A stretch of DNA of 64,000 nucleotides, taken from assembly GCA_052327205.1 (NCBI GenBank), contig CM126202.1, positions 407,526,001-407,590,000 of the forward strand, given 5' to 3'. The notes beneath the pieces were generated by a model. That model searched no databases and was not told where the DNA came from. It was given only the letters and a program-made list of their open reading frames with translations. How positions within the stretch are numbered: the stretch's first letter is position 1; the number at the start of each line of letters is the position of its first letter. This DNA is from Somniosus microcephalus. Its lineage: Eukaryota. Below, one piece after another: positions 62,784 through 64,000 of the stretch. Position numbers and translations under genes: made by a program.

Positions 62784-64000
62784 TGATGTACCTATCAATT
62801 CATTCCATGAAAAGCGACGAGTTAAGATAGTAACTATAGGTTTTTATTGGCTAAATAACAGAGCCCACCCTCGTGGGTGATCGGTTCCAACAAGCAAGAA
62901 TACTAGCCAAGCGGTCACCTTTATACCTGGGCAAGCAGGCGGAGCCATGGGCGGAGTCAGCTGAGGTGTGCCTAGGTATAACAGCGTGCGTGGCAAGAGG
63001 TAACCTTGTGTAGTGATAACAACAGTGTAAACAGTGATAACAACAGTGTAACAATAGTGAACGGTTGTGAACGATAACAGTGGTTTACCACATTCACCCC
63101 TTGTTTAAAATTGAGTCCGGCGGGGTGAAGTGTACTACCAGTTCGTGTATGTCAGTCTATCAGGAGGCCTCGTAAGCCTTTCTGGTCGGCGCAGCAGCGG
63201 CGGCGGTGGTGCAGTATCCGATGTTAATGCTGGTGTCTGCGTGGTCGACGAAGGCTCCTGGGGTTCCGGCATGCCGCCTACAGGAGCTGGATTTGGGGGA
63301 GTGGTGGGGGATAACGGTGGTATCTCAGGGGTGCCCGAGGGTGCGAGGTCTCGCAAGGAGCAAGGAGCTGCTTTCAAGCCGAGGTCCTTTGATTCGAGCA
63401 GTCTTTGCCATGAGTAGTCGGGCCGAAGGCCTTTCACGAAGGCATCACGGATATTTCCTTCAGCATGTTGTGCAGCCGATACAGCTTTAAAGTCACAGTC
63501 CCTGCCGAGTGTTTGTAGCGCCCGTAAAAATTCATCTACAGACTCTCCTGGCTGTTGCGAGCGGGATCTTAGGAGGTGTCTGGCATACATTGAATTTACT
63601 GGGCTCCGGTACTGCTCTTTTAGCAGGTCGAGGGCCTCCTCGTATGTAGCAAGGTCCCGGATGAGTGCAAATACTTTAGGGCTCACCTGGGCGGTCAGAA
63701 CTCTTAGTTTGTCGGCTTCCGATGGCACGCCGGAGGCTACCAGGTAGGATTCAAAGCAGCTCAGCCAGTGATCGAAGTCGAGGGCTGAATTCGCTGCCTG
63801 TGGGTTTAGATCCAGGTACGGCGGTCGGAGGGCTCGCAGCCAAGTCGGCTGCTGGGGCTGTTGTAGCTGGCCGTTTGGCTGGTCGTTTGGCTGCTCCAGT
63901 CCATTCATTTCAAAATTTAGCCAATAAAATTGATATACCTATCAATTCATTCCATGAAAAGCGACGAGTTAAGATAGTAACTATAGGTTTTTATTGGCTA
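62784..64000 (-). mobile_element. Internally deleted Gypsy-like LTR retrotransposon: 3' LTR 62784-63092; 5' LTR from 63931 past the window end
   Basis: Near-identical direct repeats; TG..CA ends; PPT (aaacaaggggtgaa) at ~63093-63107; TATAAA at 62920-62925 and AATAAA on minus. Confidence 0.9.
63135..63908 (-). CDS. Gag N-terminal/capsid region fused in frame to a Pol C-terminal tail (257 aa)
   Basis: FDHWLSCFESYL..QQPGESVDEFL..IRDAFVKGL then Pro-rich LRRPERLTRPPDRL; no PR/RT/IN. Confidence 0.75.
   Translation of the reverse strand: MNGLEQPNDQPNGQLQQPQQPTWLRALRPPYLDLNPQAANSALDFDHWLSCFESYLVASGVPSEADKLRVLTAQVSPKVFALIRDLATYEEALDLLKEQYRSPVNSMYARHLLRSRSQQPGESVDEFLRALQTLGRDCDFKAVSAAQHAEGNIRDAFVKGLRPDYSWQRLLESKDLGLKAAPCSLRDLAPSGTPEIPPLSPTTPPNPAPVGGMPEPQEPSSTTQTPALTSDTAPPPPLLRRPERLTRPPDRLTYTNW

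Overview
Eukaryotic, repeat-dominated DNA, most likely from a cartilaginous fish (inferred from HER1-like CR1 LINEs, DeuSINE-like and other ancient SINEs, and Neptune-type Penelope). Most ORFs in the track are transposon fragments or low-complexity artefacts. No complete host gene is recognisable; there is one candidate first coding exon (15431-15533, minus strand). Main elements: a near full-length CR1 with a 90-bp monomer 5' array (~1127-6058); a decayed, nested PIF/Harbinger (~6940-12250) and many Harbinger-type MITEs; a tRNA-headed LINE (32209-35482); a Penelope carrying a hammerhead ribozyme (52564-55112); an L2/CR1 in-frame RT chimera; and an internally deleted LTR element whose PBS position is complementary to its own poly(A) signal. 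The most unusual structure is a head-to-tail trimer of non-autonomous Helitrons (16647-27192, A|TC...hairpin-CTAG|T, minus strand). Its units carry GA satellites and different cargo: a young RTE-X LINE, a spliceable 3-exon Myb/SANT gene from a Harbinger placed behind a CCAAT-rich promoter module, and CpG-island-like fragments. All family names come from motif recognition by eye, not from database searches.
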